Origin: Lama guanicoe
Taxonomy: Eukaryota
Direction: 5' to 3'
Assembly: GCA_013239625.1 (NCBI GenBank)
Contig: MU054026.1
Coordinates: 868,001-932,000 of the forward strand
Length of the DNA stretch: 64,000 nucleotides
Shown here: positions 1-12,545 of the stretch, in pieces
Position numbering within the stretch: the first letter of the stretch is position 1
How the letters are laid out: each line of letters begins with the position of its first letter
The notes under the pieces: model-generated
The model's input: only the letters and a program-made list of their open reading frames with translations
The model's database searches: none
Told to the model about the DNA's origin: nothing
Made by a program: the position numbers and the translations under genes

Positions 1-262
1 AATCTCTATTTTATTTTCTTCCTCCCTGAATGTTATTGTTTCTTTTCTTATGGTAACTTTAGATTTTGCTCATTCTTCTTTTTCTAATTCTTCAGTGGTA
101 GGTTAGGTTGTTTATTTCAGATTGTTCTTGTTTTTTGAAGAAGACCTGTATTGCTATGACCTTCTCTCTTAGGATTGCTTTTGCTGCATCCCATAGATTT
201 TCTGTGGTTGTGTTTTTTATTGTCATTTGTTTCAAGGTATTTTTAAATTTCTTCTTTGGTTT
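1..262 (-). mobile_element. LINE-1 ORF2 fragment (region just downstream of the endonuclease domain), running off the window edge
   Basis: Reverse complement closely matches the ORF2 segment at ~53366-53600 (e.g. 'ttgctgcatcccatagattt', 'ggttaggttgtttattt', 'cttctttttctaattc'). Confidence 0.9.
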
Positions 263-859
263 CATACACAGATTAAAATGCCATCACATTCATGAAAAAG
301 CACACAAATACCCATTAAAAAAATGTGTGCCCTTGCTATGACCAAACTAACTCTAGGGGAGAATTTATTCTAAGATAGATCAATCTTAGATTCCACATAA
401 GGAAGTATATGTAAGTTATAATTACTTTGCTCATGGTTTGCTCAAGTAACTCTTTAGGTCAGTTTTGTCAATAAGACAGGTCCAAGGCTAGAATTTTGTG
501 AATAGTCACCTAATGAGGTGCCTGTGTCTATATAAGGCAGTGGGGGAGAGCTGGTGCTGCACTTGTAATCAGTAGTTCCTTGTCACTGGCAATAAGCAAA
601 TAGCTCTTATGTCTTCCTAACCTTAAACTGAGGCTGCTCTTAACCCTGAGATTTTTTTTTCCCATCTTCTTGCCCTTACTCCAGGATTTACCTTCTCCAT
701 CTTCACTCCTGACTTTTATCTAAATCCTATTTCTGTACTCAGGGTTCACTCTTGCTTGACATGTGTTTGTCTACCCTAATATTGATCAATTTAGCCAACT
801 TTATCAGTCCCCTGTTTCCTATTTACAAACTGGAAGTTGGCTGCTCACACCCAACATCA

Positions 860-1515
860 TATCTGTTAGCCAAATCTTTCAGTTTTCTCTTCAAAGTGTC
901 TCTGGAACCTGATTGTTAAACTGCACCTCCACTGAGGTACTCTTGTCTGAGCCACCATCACTGCATGCCTGGTTTGTTTCAAATAGTCTCTGAAATGGTC
1001 ACTCTGTTTCCGCCTTGCTCTATATGACAATCTGAAAGATCCTTACCTTCCTGATTTCATCTTATATTCAGCCCATAGTTCTACTTCAGTGGCCTCCTTA
1101 GCATTCCTCAAGACTTCTCCAACAAGCTTCAACAAGACTTCTGTATTAGGGTCTTCACAATTGCCATTCCCTCTACCTGCAAGGTTCTTCTCCAGAAAAA
1201 CCTCATGATCATTTTTCTTCATATTCCTTAGATATATTATCAGGGTTTTTTTTCCTCTGACCTTCTTGTATAAAAAGATACCCTATCTACCACTATCCCC
1301 CTTCCCTGATCATCTTTTATCATAATGCATCTCATATTTGAACAAAGCATATATTTATTCTTTGTCTCTTCTGGAATGCAGTCTTCATTAGGGCAAGGGT
1401 CTTTATCTGCTTTTTAAAATTTGTACTACTTAGTCTCCCACGGTTTCAAATAGCATTTGGCATCAAATGGCCCTGTAATAATGTATGAATGAAGGAGGTA
1501 AAATGAATAAATAAA
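860..1515 (+). mobile_element. L2 (LINE-2) 3' fragment, highly diverged
   Basis: L2-type motifs ('gccaccatcactgcatgcctgg', 'ctggaatgcagtcttcattagggcaagggtctttatctg') ending in an (ATGA)n-like tail. Confidence 0.65.
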
Positions 1516-2402
1516 TCTATAGTCTATTTCTGTCTTACTTCACTGTATTGGAGGTAATATTTCTAGACCCCTCAAACACTTAAATATTAAAAGGAAATTT
1601 CAGTCCTACTCTCAGTCTAGTTGTCCAAGAAGGAAAATAAACACATAGGACAATTTTCCATGTACAAAATCACCAAATGCCCAATAAGTAAGAGGAATAT
1701 TTCTGGGATGATACATCTATTTACTCACATCTCATTTCATTCCACTCATTGAGGCAACTTAGAAAAGATAACAGAATGAATTTAGTAGTAAAGTAAATGA
1801 GACAAGTAAACAGTAAGATCAGAATGAAGTTAATACCCAAAACTCTAAGAAGAGATTGCCCATCTAGATTTAGCTGTCCCTAGTTTAAAAGTGAAGAGGA
1901 AAAACATATGAGCTCAAGGTTCACAGTGTTCATGAAGTCAAACAAGCTTATGTGAGAAGTAGGGCCATTCTTGATGCTGAGACATGAGTGACACATACTC
2001 TGTTGATCAGTTTCCTTGGAAACGTCCCTTTGCTATGTCTACTAACAAGAAGACTTTAACAAAGGGAGGAGGTGGCAGGAAGATGCTCTGAACTCTGACA
2101 AAATAACTGAAAATACTAGGCACGTGATTTGCTAGCATTCCATACTTTTCCTCATCAAAACTCTTCACACTGTAACTTCTTGCAGTTTCCTGTTTTCCCT
2201 GCCAACAGGTATGATCCACGAGGGCTATTAAGTTTTATCCCCATTGCCTGGTACAGTAAGACATTAATAAACACTTGAGAACAAAAAAACAGATAAATGA
2301 ATGAAGGTTAAAGTAAGAGGATAAAAACATTTTAGGGCTGTGTTGAGACATGGTGCTTACTGGAGCTGGAGTGAGTGACCCAGGACAGGTCAGCTCCATT
2401 GT

Positions 2403-2553
2403 GGGGAGCCTGTAGCTCAGTGGTAGAGTGCACATGCATGAGGTCCTGGGTTCAATGCCCAGTACCTCTATTTAGTAAATAAATAAACCTAATTCTGTCC
2501 CCCCCCCAAAAAAAAACAAACAAAAACCAAAAAAACAAAATAAATAAGTTAAA
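2403..2553 (+). mobile_element. tRNA-derived SINE (camelid vic-1-like) with 15-bp TSD
   Basis: A box 'tagctcagtgg', B box 'ggttcaatgcc', 'taaataaacctaatt..cccccc' body and A-rich tail; exact flanking repeat ccaggacaggtcagc at 2380-2394 and 2554-2568. Confidence 0.9.
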
Positions 2554-5491
2554 CCAGGACAGGTCAGCATCATGGTTGGGTTAATGGTGGGCGTATCTAA
2601 GTTGCAAAGACAGTAGGAGTGTACTGAATAAATCCAAACAATCAAATGGCTTTATGCTCTGCAATGCAAATCTGGCCAGCTCAAGGAAAGCCCTGGTTCT
2701 AAAAGTCAGTATATTGATGTGGCAGATCTTAAGAAGGAGTTATAGTTAAAAAGCATTGTCCTTAAATTCCAGACTTCTTGGACATACACCAGGTTCCAGT
2801 TACTAGGTGCCACTTATTCTTAGAAATAGTGCCCTTGGATTTAGGATGGGTATCTGAAGTCTCTGACTTTTGCCCTCCACTTAGCTTGAATTTTGATCAT
2901 CTTCACTTATTATTTATTTATTGAGGAACTACTGTTTAGCAAGCATTCTCTGGATGTTTGAGACAAAGTGAAAGAATCACAGCCTGCCCACAGATGCTCA
3001 AGTTCATAGTGCAGGGGACAAACACAGCTGAAAATTTGAAAACTTGTTTTTGGCATCTTACAGGATAGTTTTTTGGGAAGCCCAGTGACCTTCTAGCCAA
3101 TGGCTACTCTACAAGAACGACTCTTCAGTTTTTACTTCAGGCTGCCAGCTCAGACCACAGCCTTTCTTGCCTCAAAGTCAGCCTACATGTCAGGCTCCCC
3201 GGTACTGACTTCAAGAAGTAGCCTTCGGATCAAGTGCATTCCCAGTCCAAGCATCATTTCAGGCATCCCCACTACTGCCTGCTCCAGATCATTCCCCAGC
3301 ACCTGACCTGCTCTCTTTTACTGCTGCAGAAGACAGTAAAACATACTGTCTCACTTGAAAGAAGGGGTGAATCAGCCGAACTCAGCCCCGACACTCACCA
3401 GGAATATGACCTTGCAAAATTGCTTAACCTCTCTGATCCACGGCCTATAATCATACGCCTTCCTCTAAAGGGTTCTGTGAAGGTCAGGGAAGATGGGATT
3501 TTATTTTCTCACTATGTGTGGCATAGCAACTCCTGTTTTCTTTCTTGGTTCCTGTGAACATAATTAGGGCCAGTAAACTATACCTGAGGGAAGAAAATAA
3601 AAGCCCAGGAAAACCATAAAAGAACTTTTTCATAAATTGGGATGGTACCTCTGGAGAGTATCCTTAAGTATGTATTGAAAGTTATAATTTACTAGTATTA
3701 TTTGGTACAAAGTGATGTATCCTTTGGGAAATATGGACGAGAATGCAGTTTTCAAAATCACTCTTGCGTATTATCTTGTATTCATTTCACACTTCAAAAT
3801 ATAGTGACCTAAATGCCATATAGGAATACATTTATAATGACTGAGAACCACCATGACTATTAATTATTTTGAATTTAAATCTCTCAAGATGTGTATTAAT
3901 CCATCTCTGTCTAGCACCCATATAAAATATTTAGCAATTAAATATAAAACTACAGGGGGAAAAAAAAGCTTTTTCAGAATGGAGAAAAAGATGATTTATC
4001 TCAGTTTTCTTTGAATAATACCACTTTCTGTATGTATTTCGGAATAGCACTGAAGTTTGGGATGCCAGTGCACTCTTTAACTGTTGGTTTGCATTTGAAA
4101 TTCTCCAACTAGGGAATCTAAAGTAGCAATTTAGTTACATTTTTATTCAGTCAATCTCCCTCACTTGCTCACACTTGCTGTTCCCGAGGCTACGAGTCTT
4201 TATTAAGGTTATAAAATGCTTCGACCTTCATAAAAGGCACAGTGACTTCCCGTGAGGTCCAAAGCATTAATGATGAGATGAAATGCAAAATCATTATCTG
4301 AGGGCAGCATCTCTCTTTCCACAGAAGCTATTCAAATGATCCAATTGAAAGGCAAACCCATCCAAAAGCTAATAAAAAATTCTCCCTGGCGGTTGAAATA
4401 TTGGACAAATTGCTTTTCACCCTACGACAGGATGTTAACTGGGTGACAGCCAAATGATGCTGCTGGTTTACTGTACTCCACCTCTGTAAGATGGGTAATT
4501 GATGGTCTTTGGGTCCAGAGGTCAAAAGTTGTTGGTGAATGTGCAGTGAGAAACTTCACTGTGCAAATGGACCAGTGGTGAGTGTGTATTACTTGCCATT
4601 GTCTCAGCGCCAAACGCTTTAAGAGTGATGCCATGCTTCATTCAAGGTTAGTGTCGCATTTGCATTCAGCTGTTCATGAAAACTTGTAAGTGCATCAGTG
4701 GAAAACTGAATGCTGACAACATGAAAAATGTCACTTATGTGAAAACCAGTTTATAAAGACAGGATCTTGCCTTCTCTTCCAAAACAAACCAGTGTGCAGC
4801 AAGGTATGTAATGTCCGTAGATGATGGTGGTGACAAATGTGTCTCCAGCAAAACCAATCTCTTTAGTTCATCATAGATATGAAGTCTATATTAAAAACAG
4901 GCTCAAGCACGTGAGAGTTGGAAAGTCCATCTTTACCTTACCTTCATGTATATAAACTTACTCTAACTTTTTGCATAATGGATGAAGAGTTCTTCATAAG
5001 TACATCAAAGTCCAAATTCCTTAATGTCAATTAGTATATTTATAATGTTCTTGGGCTCCTATTGCATAAAGTGATGACAATATATGCTATCAGAAAGACA
5101 AAAACAAATATTAAAAGGGGTCTAAAAACACCTGATTCATGAGTCCACAGAGGCCACCCGTATATAAAGGTGAAAGTGTAGGTTGATAATCATTTTCAGT
5201 GTTTCATAAAACTTACTGGAATTTATACATTTACTGGTTTATATAAGGATGAACATTATCTTTTGACTGGTTTAATACCAATTCAGGACACACAAAATAT
5301 TATCATCTATGTTCTCAATAGTATTCAGAAGCTCTGGTGGTCTGTAAAGTAACGTATGGAAAATACATAGAATCTGACTCTTCTGATCAGGCTAGAGAAC
5401 TAAACTTAATCCTTAATGACTATGTAGTTCTTGATGCTGTTGAAGCAATTTCTCATACAAACCAGGCATTAAAGCATAAGAAACAGTACTG

Positions 5492-5598
5492 GTGCTCACT
5501 TGAGCAGCACACAGGAAAAAAATTGGAACAATACAGAGAAGATCGTCATGACCTTTGAGCAAGAGTGACACAAAATTTGTAAAGTGTTCCATATTTTT
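5492..5598 (+). pseudogene. RNU6: U6 snRNA pseudogene (full length, diverged)
   Basis: Aligns end to end with U6 (gtgctc..gcagcaca..aaaattggaac.atacagagaagat..catg..gcaag..tgacac..aag.gttccatattttt), roughly 75-80% identity by eye. ACAGAGA box intact at 5533-5539; AGC triad mutated; no recognisable upstream PSE/TATA. Confidence 0.95.
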
Positions 5599-5946
5599 AA
5601 AAGGAAAGGCTATTCCAACACACGGACTATTTTTGTACTAGAATTTGCTAGCTTATAATGTGGAATTTTCCTTTTGAACAGTATTCAAAATTTCCTCAAA
5701 AATTACTTAGACATTGGTCACTTGTAGGAGTTTTAAACTCTATTATGACAGCTACACTGAAAAATAATTGCACTGTAATTAACTTATTTTCATTTGGTTT
5801 TAAAATTTTAACAATTGCTAAACGAAACCGTTTTGGAGGAAATGAGGCGGGGGGTGGGCAATTCTTTTGTAAGTGTAAAATAAATAAATATGTATTGAAT
5901 ATTAAAAAAAAAAGCCAAAATAAATGACAACAACAAAAACCCCCCC
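5599..5946 (+). pseudogene. 3'UTR-like retrocopied segment with polyadenylation signal and A-rich tail, fused to the U6 copy
   Basis: Overlapping AATAAA at 5879-5888, A10 at 5904-5913, decayed A-rich tail to 5946, then candidate TSD aaactagcactgg (5947-5959) resembling aaacagtactg(g) at 5481-5492. Confidence 0.65.
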
Positions 5947-6340
5947 AAACTAGCACTGGACTGAGAATCAGGAGACGCAGCTTCTGGTTATGACTCAGTC
6001 AATTTCCGAGACAATTTAAAAAATGCTACTGTTCGCTTAGGTTTTTAATTTCTAATCATCCCAGATAATTTCCAAGGCCATTTCTAGGTTTGAAAGTCCA
6101 TGGCGAAGCTACATTCTTGGTTGTTGAATGTGCTTATTGTTCACAAGAAGGATAATCAGGAGATCATGACCCTGCAGCTAGTGTGTTGGGACTCCGGGGC
6201 TATTGAGTGTAGGATGTCTGCTTCCTAAAGACTCAGCAATCTGTTTCCTCACTTTTGGGGAGTAAGTATTTTTAAGGGCGCAAGTGAGGCAATTTTCTAA
6301 TAAGGAGAATTTCAAGGGGAATTTGCCTTAACACTTGTTA

Positions 6341-6419
6341 CACTAAGTGTCCCATAAAGACCCAAGAATAGAGTTAACCACTAAGTGTCCCATAAAGACC
6401 CAAGAATAGAGTTAACCAC
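6341..6419. repeat. Perfect 38-bp tandem duplication
   Basis: cactaagtgtcccataaagacccaagaatagagttaac at 6341-6378 and 6379-6416, followed by 'cac'. Confidence 0.97.
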
Positions 6420-6455
6420 AGTGAAATATTTGAGTGATGCCTTCTAGCTACGCCC

Positions 6456-7140
6456 TGTAAGGAGGGTTTGAACTCTGGTTTCTTACGGAAGAGAGGAGCA
6501 GGTACGGTCACTGAAGAGCTGCTGGGGTCGAGAGGTTCTTGTCTTGTCACAGAAAGAATTCAAAGACAAGATGAGGAGGTTAAGAAAGCAAAGCAAAGGT
6601 TTATTAAGGGATAGACAGTATGCTCTCAAGGAAGGAGCGGGCAGACCCAGGTGGGTAGCTGCCCCGAGTTTCCTTGGCAAGCTCGTTATATGATTGTAAA
6701 GATGAATGGGCAGAATATTCATTGGTGGGGAGGAGTTTGGGGTCATCTTTCCTGATCTTCATCCCAGTTCCACTTTCCCGGGTGGGGAGGAGGGATTTTT
6801 CATCCTTATTTAGTTCTTGATCAGGAAGTTGGATGAGGTCATAATGAACAGAAGGTTGCATTCAGATCAGGGTATCATAAGCAAAAGGTTACATTTGGAC
6901 GGAGGTTACAATGATCGAAAGGTTACATTCAGATGGTGACGATTCCTGTACTGTCCTGTCCCACATGCCTAGCCGCCTCCAGGACACTTATCAACCCGGG
7001 GGTGTCTTTTTATTAGTCTAGAGGATCCTATTTTCTTGGTCTGTCCCAAGACCCCTGTTGTTTACAAGATGCATGGTTTTCTGCCATTTGTCCATGTCCC
7101 CCTTTCTCTGCTCATATCTACCTACCTTCCCGCTCTAACA
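6456..7140 (-). mobile_element. ERV1-class solo LTR
   Basis: Minus strand begins TGTTAGAG (7140); AATAAA on minus at ~6600-6605; U5-like 'gaattctttctgtgacaagacaagaacc'. Left boundary uncertain (6456 or ~6481) and no clean TSD. Confidence 0.75.
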
Positions 7141-7899
7141 GAACCAGTGGTGCTTAAGTCTATGCCCCTCACTGTTTCATAGAATAACAGGGAAAAACGA
7201 GAAAGACAATCAAAACTACGCATGAATGACACACTCCATGTACTTAAAGATAGAGTATCACTTCATTTAAAAGTAACTGTAGCCAAAACAGAAATAACAA
7301 AAAATAAGAAAAAAAATCACAAAATGATTTCTTTTGTTCCTGTTATGTCACAAGTCTCAGAGGTCACGCAAGAGCAGTCTAAGAAAAAGTGCAGGGAAGA
7401 AAGAAGAAGGGAGGTGGTGACAGGACTAAAGTTGAGCCAAAAACACTGCTAGAAAAATTGCAGCCATTCTAAGTCAGAAAATCCTAACCATGTGTGCCTT
7501 GGTAGACCAGAGCATGAATGGTAGAGAAGGAATTTACAAGTATGTACTATTTGAAATGACAGCCCTGCACAACTTCTGCGGGGGGGAAAAAAAAAAGGAC
7601 AAAAGTGAGGGAGAAGGAAATTTGGTGTTTAGGTGAAAAGAGAAAAAGCAAAAAAGAAAAACATCAAATCTTTCCTCAACCATACCACACACAGAGAGAC
7701 AAAAATTCATTGAAGAATCTAAACTTTGAAGCACTGGCAGAAAAATAAGCCATTATAAACATTAATCTTGTAAACCACCCCGGATCTGCAGAATGAGAAG
7801 AAGAAACTGAATAAATCTAGTCAAAATTGCCATCGAATGACAGAAGATATAATTTAGCATATTTTGACTGGAAAAATGATTTTTTGCCTGTAGAAAAAT

Positions 7900-10400
7900 A
7901 AAGTAAAATAAAATTGTAGGACTAGACGGCAGACTGGACTACCCCTCTGAATCAGAATGGAAGTGGACCAGAAACAAACAAAAGTCAGGAAGCAATAAAA
8001 AGGGTTGATTGTACTCAGGAACAAAATAGAAGAAAATACAAAAGTATTTCTCAACTGGACTCTGAAAGAAAGGCAGAAAAATAACTAACAAAATGAAAAC
8101 AAGATAAGAAAATAAGTAAAAAAAGAGAAAAAAGCCAAAGTGAAAATGGAAGGCAGATAAAAGTGGAAAAATATAGTTATTAATCAGAGTCCCTGATAAA
8201 GAAAACTAAGCAATAGAGCATAATTAATATTTAAAAATATAACTGAGTAAAGCTTTCTAGAAATAAAAGAATATATAAATCTACATATTAAAAAGTCTAA
8301 TAAGGAAATCTACTTCAGGATGACACCTGCACCCCAATGTTCATAGCAGCACTATTTACAATAGCCAAAACATGGAAACAACCTAAATGTCCATCAACAG
8401 GTGACTGGATAAAGAAGAGGTGGTATATTTATACAATGGAATACTACTCAGCCATAAAAACTGACAACATAATGCCATTTGCAGCAACATGGATGCTCCT
8501 AGAGAATGTCATTCTAAGTGAAGTAAGCCAGAAAGAGAAAGAAAAATACCATATGAGATCGCTCATATGTGGAATCTAAAAAACAAAAACAAACAAACAA
8601 AAACAAAGCATAAATACAGGACAGAAATAGACTCATGGACAGAGAATACAGACTTGTGGTTACCGGGGGGGTAGAGGGTGGGAAGGGATAGACTGGGATT
8701 TCAAAATTGTAGAATAGATAAACAAGATTACACTGTATAGCACAGGGAAATATACACAAAATGTTATGATAAATCACAGAGAAAAAAATGTGACAATGAG
8801 TGTGTATATGTCCATGAATGACTGAAAAATTGTGCTGAACACTGAAATTTGACACAACATTGTAAAATGATTATAAATCAATAAAAAATGTTTAAAAAAA
8901 AAGTCTAAGAAAATTAACTCAGAATTATCATCTCCGAGGTACACCCTGGTAAAAGTATTAGCTTCAAAAAATGAAAAGATTAAAAAAAAAAAAAAAAAAA
9001 AACCAAAAACCTATCAAGGCCTCTCCAGGCAAAAGATCAAATAACTTCCCAGAGCATTAGACTTTTTAAAAACAACACACACAAAAAGGCGACAATGGAA
9101 TAGTTTTAGGAAAATAAATCACAATGAATGAAGGTATGAATACAGATTTTTATTACCAGCTAATGTGTTTATTGATCATCAAGTCTTAAAAAACAGTTTT
9201 AAACATATAGAATGTAAAACGTTCTACCCATGAGCCCTTCATGAGGAATTTGCGAGACTGCCTTCATTCAATCAACAGAGAAATGAGGAAACCTCAGCAA
9301 AGTGCTGGTGAGGGGCATTTCAGTGCATACAAATGTAGAGTTAAGACACAAACAAAGGCATGGGTGCACAGATGCTGTATTTTATGACAAAACATAAATA
9401 AAACAACTAAATAAGAGAGAAGAGAGGAAATAGGAAACAGAATAAACTCGTTGCCTATTGTGTAGTCGATAGGATTTAAAATATACCCTTGGAAATTAAT
9501 CAACCGAAGAGTAAAATGTCAAATAAGAGAACATAGAATCAAGGGCGTTATAAATGATATAAATTCAAAGATAACCATTAGAATGAAAATACAATCCTTC
9601 CTAATTGTTACTTTTAATTAAAGAGCAAATACTGCACATTTTGTAAAGAAGTAACCATAGAGAGAATCATCTAATAAACGTAATTATTGAAGTATTCTGA
9701 CACAACTGAAACCAACAGAATTGAGACAGGTTAGTCATATCGATAAATATGAATGAACTTGATTTGTTAGAAGAACGTGATTTTTACCTTGGCTTATAAA
9801 ATAATATCCAGCCATATGCTGCATGCAAGGGATGTAATTAAAGCAAAGTGATTCAGCAAAGCAAATAAACAGATAAAACAGACAAATGTGTACCAGGCTC
9901 ACAGAAACACTAAGAATGGAGGGACATGAACTAGGTATCTGATAAAGCAGCATTCCATTCAAAAAGGAATAAAGTTTATGAGAGGTGCTTTTTGATGCTA
10001 AGTGGAATAATTCAAAATGACTCTATGAAATTTATGAATATGTATGAATAAAATAGTAGCAACCACCTTCATGAAGCAAAAACTGTAGAACATACATAGA
10101 AACGCCATCATAGTAGAAGACTTGAAGACAGCAATCTCAGACCAAGACAGATCAAGTGGACAAACCCAAACTGATTAAGGAGCCAGAAAACCTAACATAA
10201 TCAATAAAATAGCTTCTATCACCATGTCCCGAATTTTAGATCCTGGGAACAGGAAACATATTTCCTTCCCAGTGCTGATGGAATACCTACAAAGTTTTTC
10301 GTGTACTCGTTCACAAGAAAACATCAGAAACACTGTGAACAATACTTTCTGATTACAGTGGAATATAATGAGAAATTACTAACAAATCAAAAAGTTAGAA
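7900..10400 (+). mobile_element. Very old L1 remnant (ORF1-like to endonuclease region), interrupted by the young L1
   Basis: A-rich plus strand with decayed motifs ('tccagccatatgctgcatgcaag', 'catagtagaagacttgaagacagcaatctcag', 'ctttctgattacagtggaat'); boundaries approximate. Confidence 0.55.
8301..8897 (+). mobile_element. Young 5'-truncated L1 (ORF2 C-terminus + 3'UTR) with TSD
   Basis: ORF 8337-8579 MFIAALFTIAKTWKQPKCPS...MEYYSAIK is the L1 ORF2p end; G-rich tract, AATAAA, A-tail; aaaaagtctaa repeated at 8290-8300 and 8898-8908. Confidence 0.96.
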
Positions 10401-11664
10401 GATCTTTATCTCTGTTATAGTGATAATATGATTAGGAGAATCTATAATGTGGCTACCCATAGTGCTGGTGGCAAAAGGAAAAGAATGGATATTACTCTTG
10501 AGCAAAAAATAAATATAATCTATGCTGGATTCTTTTCAACTACATTTGGGTTTTAGATTTAGACTCTTATAGCTTTCTTCATGCCCACTATTACTAAAAT
10601 TATTTCAAGCAACAAAATATCTTCCATAGAGTTAGTCTGAAACACTTTAGCTTCCCACCCCCTTTTCCATGAAGCACTCATTAAATTCTTCATTATCAGA
10701 TAGATAATGAAGATAAACAGCAGAACAAACATTTTGATTAGATGAGTTGAAAAAAAAGACGACATTGTCTTGTAGAATATTTCTACAACGTGAAGCTGAG
10801 AACAGTTGCTCTGAGGGTTGAGATTTTATCTCACACACAAGGGCCCTGCATATTCCAGGCTTTCTGAATCATCTATTGACGAAACATACCAAAGAGTGAA
10901 CCACTGTTCACTTTTAACAATTTCTATGCAAATACAATTTCCCCATCTTTAGACACATTACAGGTTGTCAGTTCCTTTTGTGGCTTTTATCTCCCCCAAA
11001 TGGCAACCTCCACAAACAAAGAGAGATGTTCATTCTACAAGAATAGACATATTCTTTTTTTCTTAGAAAAGAGTTAGTTGATTCCATTAGCTTTTCTCAT
11101 TTAAAACAAATTAATCCTGAGTCTTTGATGCTTACATAAATTGCAGCCATGCTTCATTTTAATATATTCTATTACTATCTGGCTCCTCAGATGGTTTAAA
11201 GGATGCCAATTTCCTGTGCAATTTATCAGAAAATATTCAGCAATGTCGTTTAGAGCTAACTTATAAAAATACAACTTGCAAAAATTTATTACATTGTTGC
11301 ATTTTAGCATGTTTCCAGAACCGGCAACCTAGTTCTTTTTTGCCTGCTTTTGACAACAGTAAGTTTAATATTAAATATTAACTCTCCACCCCATAAAATA
11401 CATATACATTATTTATTTAGAATACATTTGTTATAAAATTATTAAGAGATTTTCATACTCAACTGCAATGCCGATAAGGAGCATTCTTCCTTATTTGACT
11501 TAATTGTCTTTCCTTGTAAATTTCACTTAGTAATTTTGTCACCTACCCCTTTAATATGCATATCTTATTGGTTCTGAACTTTGATGAATATACCTGCTAA
11601 TAGATGTCTCCTACTTCTCTTTCTATTTGATTGGCTGAGGAAGTTTACCATATAGGCTCAGTTA

Positions 11665-11761
11665 ATTTTCTTTCTTTTTTCTCTCTTTCTCTTCCTTCTT
11701 TCCTTCCTTCTCTTCCTTTCTTCTCTTCTCTTCTCTTCTTTCTTCCTTCCTTCCTTCCTTC

Positions 11762-11828
<67 letters not shown>

Positions 11829-11968
11829 TTTTCTTTCTTTCTTTCTTTCTTCCTTTCTTTCTTTTGTTCGTTTGTACTTTCTTTCTTTCTTCTTTCTTTT
11901 TCTTTTTCTTTTTTTCCCTCCCTCCCTCCCTCTCTGTCTCTCTGTCTGTCTTTTTCTTCTTTCTTTCT
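11665..11968. repeat. Compound polypyrimidine microsatellite (CTTT/CCTT/CT)n
   Basis: ~300 bp of almost pure C/T, with a long perfect (CTTT)n core at ~11762-11828. Confidence 0.98.
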
Positions 11969-12369
11969 ATTAACATACACCTTCCTAAAGATGGAGTACT
12001 TTACCAATACAGATCTGGATTTTCCCTCAGAGGGAGGAAAGCCCAGGTTGTAGGCTCTGGTCCAGCCCAGGGACTTCCACGTTAATTCTCATGGGTCTCT
12101 GAGTAAATTACAGTGACCCTCCTACTGATGCGTGCAGCTCACTTGGGAACACTGAGGTGAGGAGGACAGGATGCACCACAGGCTTTTTTTGGATTAAGTC
12201 AGATATCATTAAAAATAATCCTAAATTCTACCTAATCTATAAACATACCCTAATCCCTAAATTTGCTGGGGGTTCTGAGGGGGCAGCTCTATGTTCCTGA
12301 AACTGTCAAGTCTGGTTCCATTACAAGATAGAAACTCTCTGGGCAGAAGAGTGGAAAAGAGAGGCACAA

Positions 12370-12545
12370 ATCTCATTTGTTGAGCTCTCACTGTGTGCCC
12401 ACCACTGAGTTATTTGTTTTATTTTATTATGTTACATAAAGTCATTCAATTCACACCATAATTCTGAGAGGTAAACACCATCATGAGGACACTGAACATC
12501 ACACGGCCTAAGTGTCAGAGATGCAGCTGATGCCCGCCCCCTTGA
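12370..12545 (-). mobile_element. MIR SINE fragment
   Basis: 'catttgttgagctctcactgtgtgcc...cattcaattcacaccataattctgagaggta...atgaggacactga' is the typical reverse MIR core. Confidence 0.6.

Noticed and set aside
2403..2470. Functional tRNA gene
   Set aside because: The cloverleaf is incomplete and is followed by SINE body, A-tail and TSD.
4431..4494. Protein-coding exon between AG and GT signals
   Set aside because: Stop codons in all three frames.
5492..5598. Functional U6 gene
   Set aside because: More than 20 differences including the AGC triad, and no recognisable type-3 Pol III promoter.
6341..6419. CRISPR-like 38-bp repeats (also 56583-56658)
   Set aside because: Only two abutting units with no spacers, mammalian context, and the two duplications are unrelated in sequence.
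11631..12085. Overlapping 70-140 aa ORFs rich in F/L/S or K/E/R
   Set aside because: They are translations of the (CTTT)n microsatellite.
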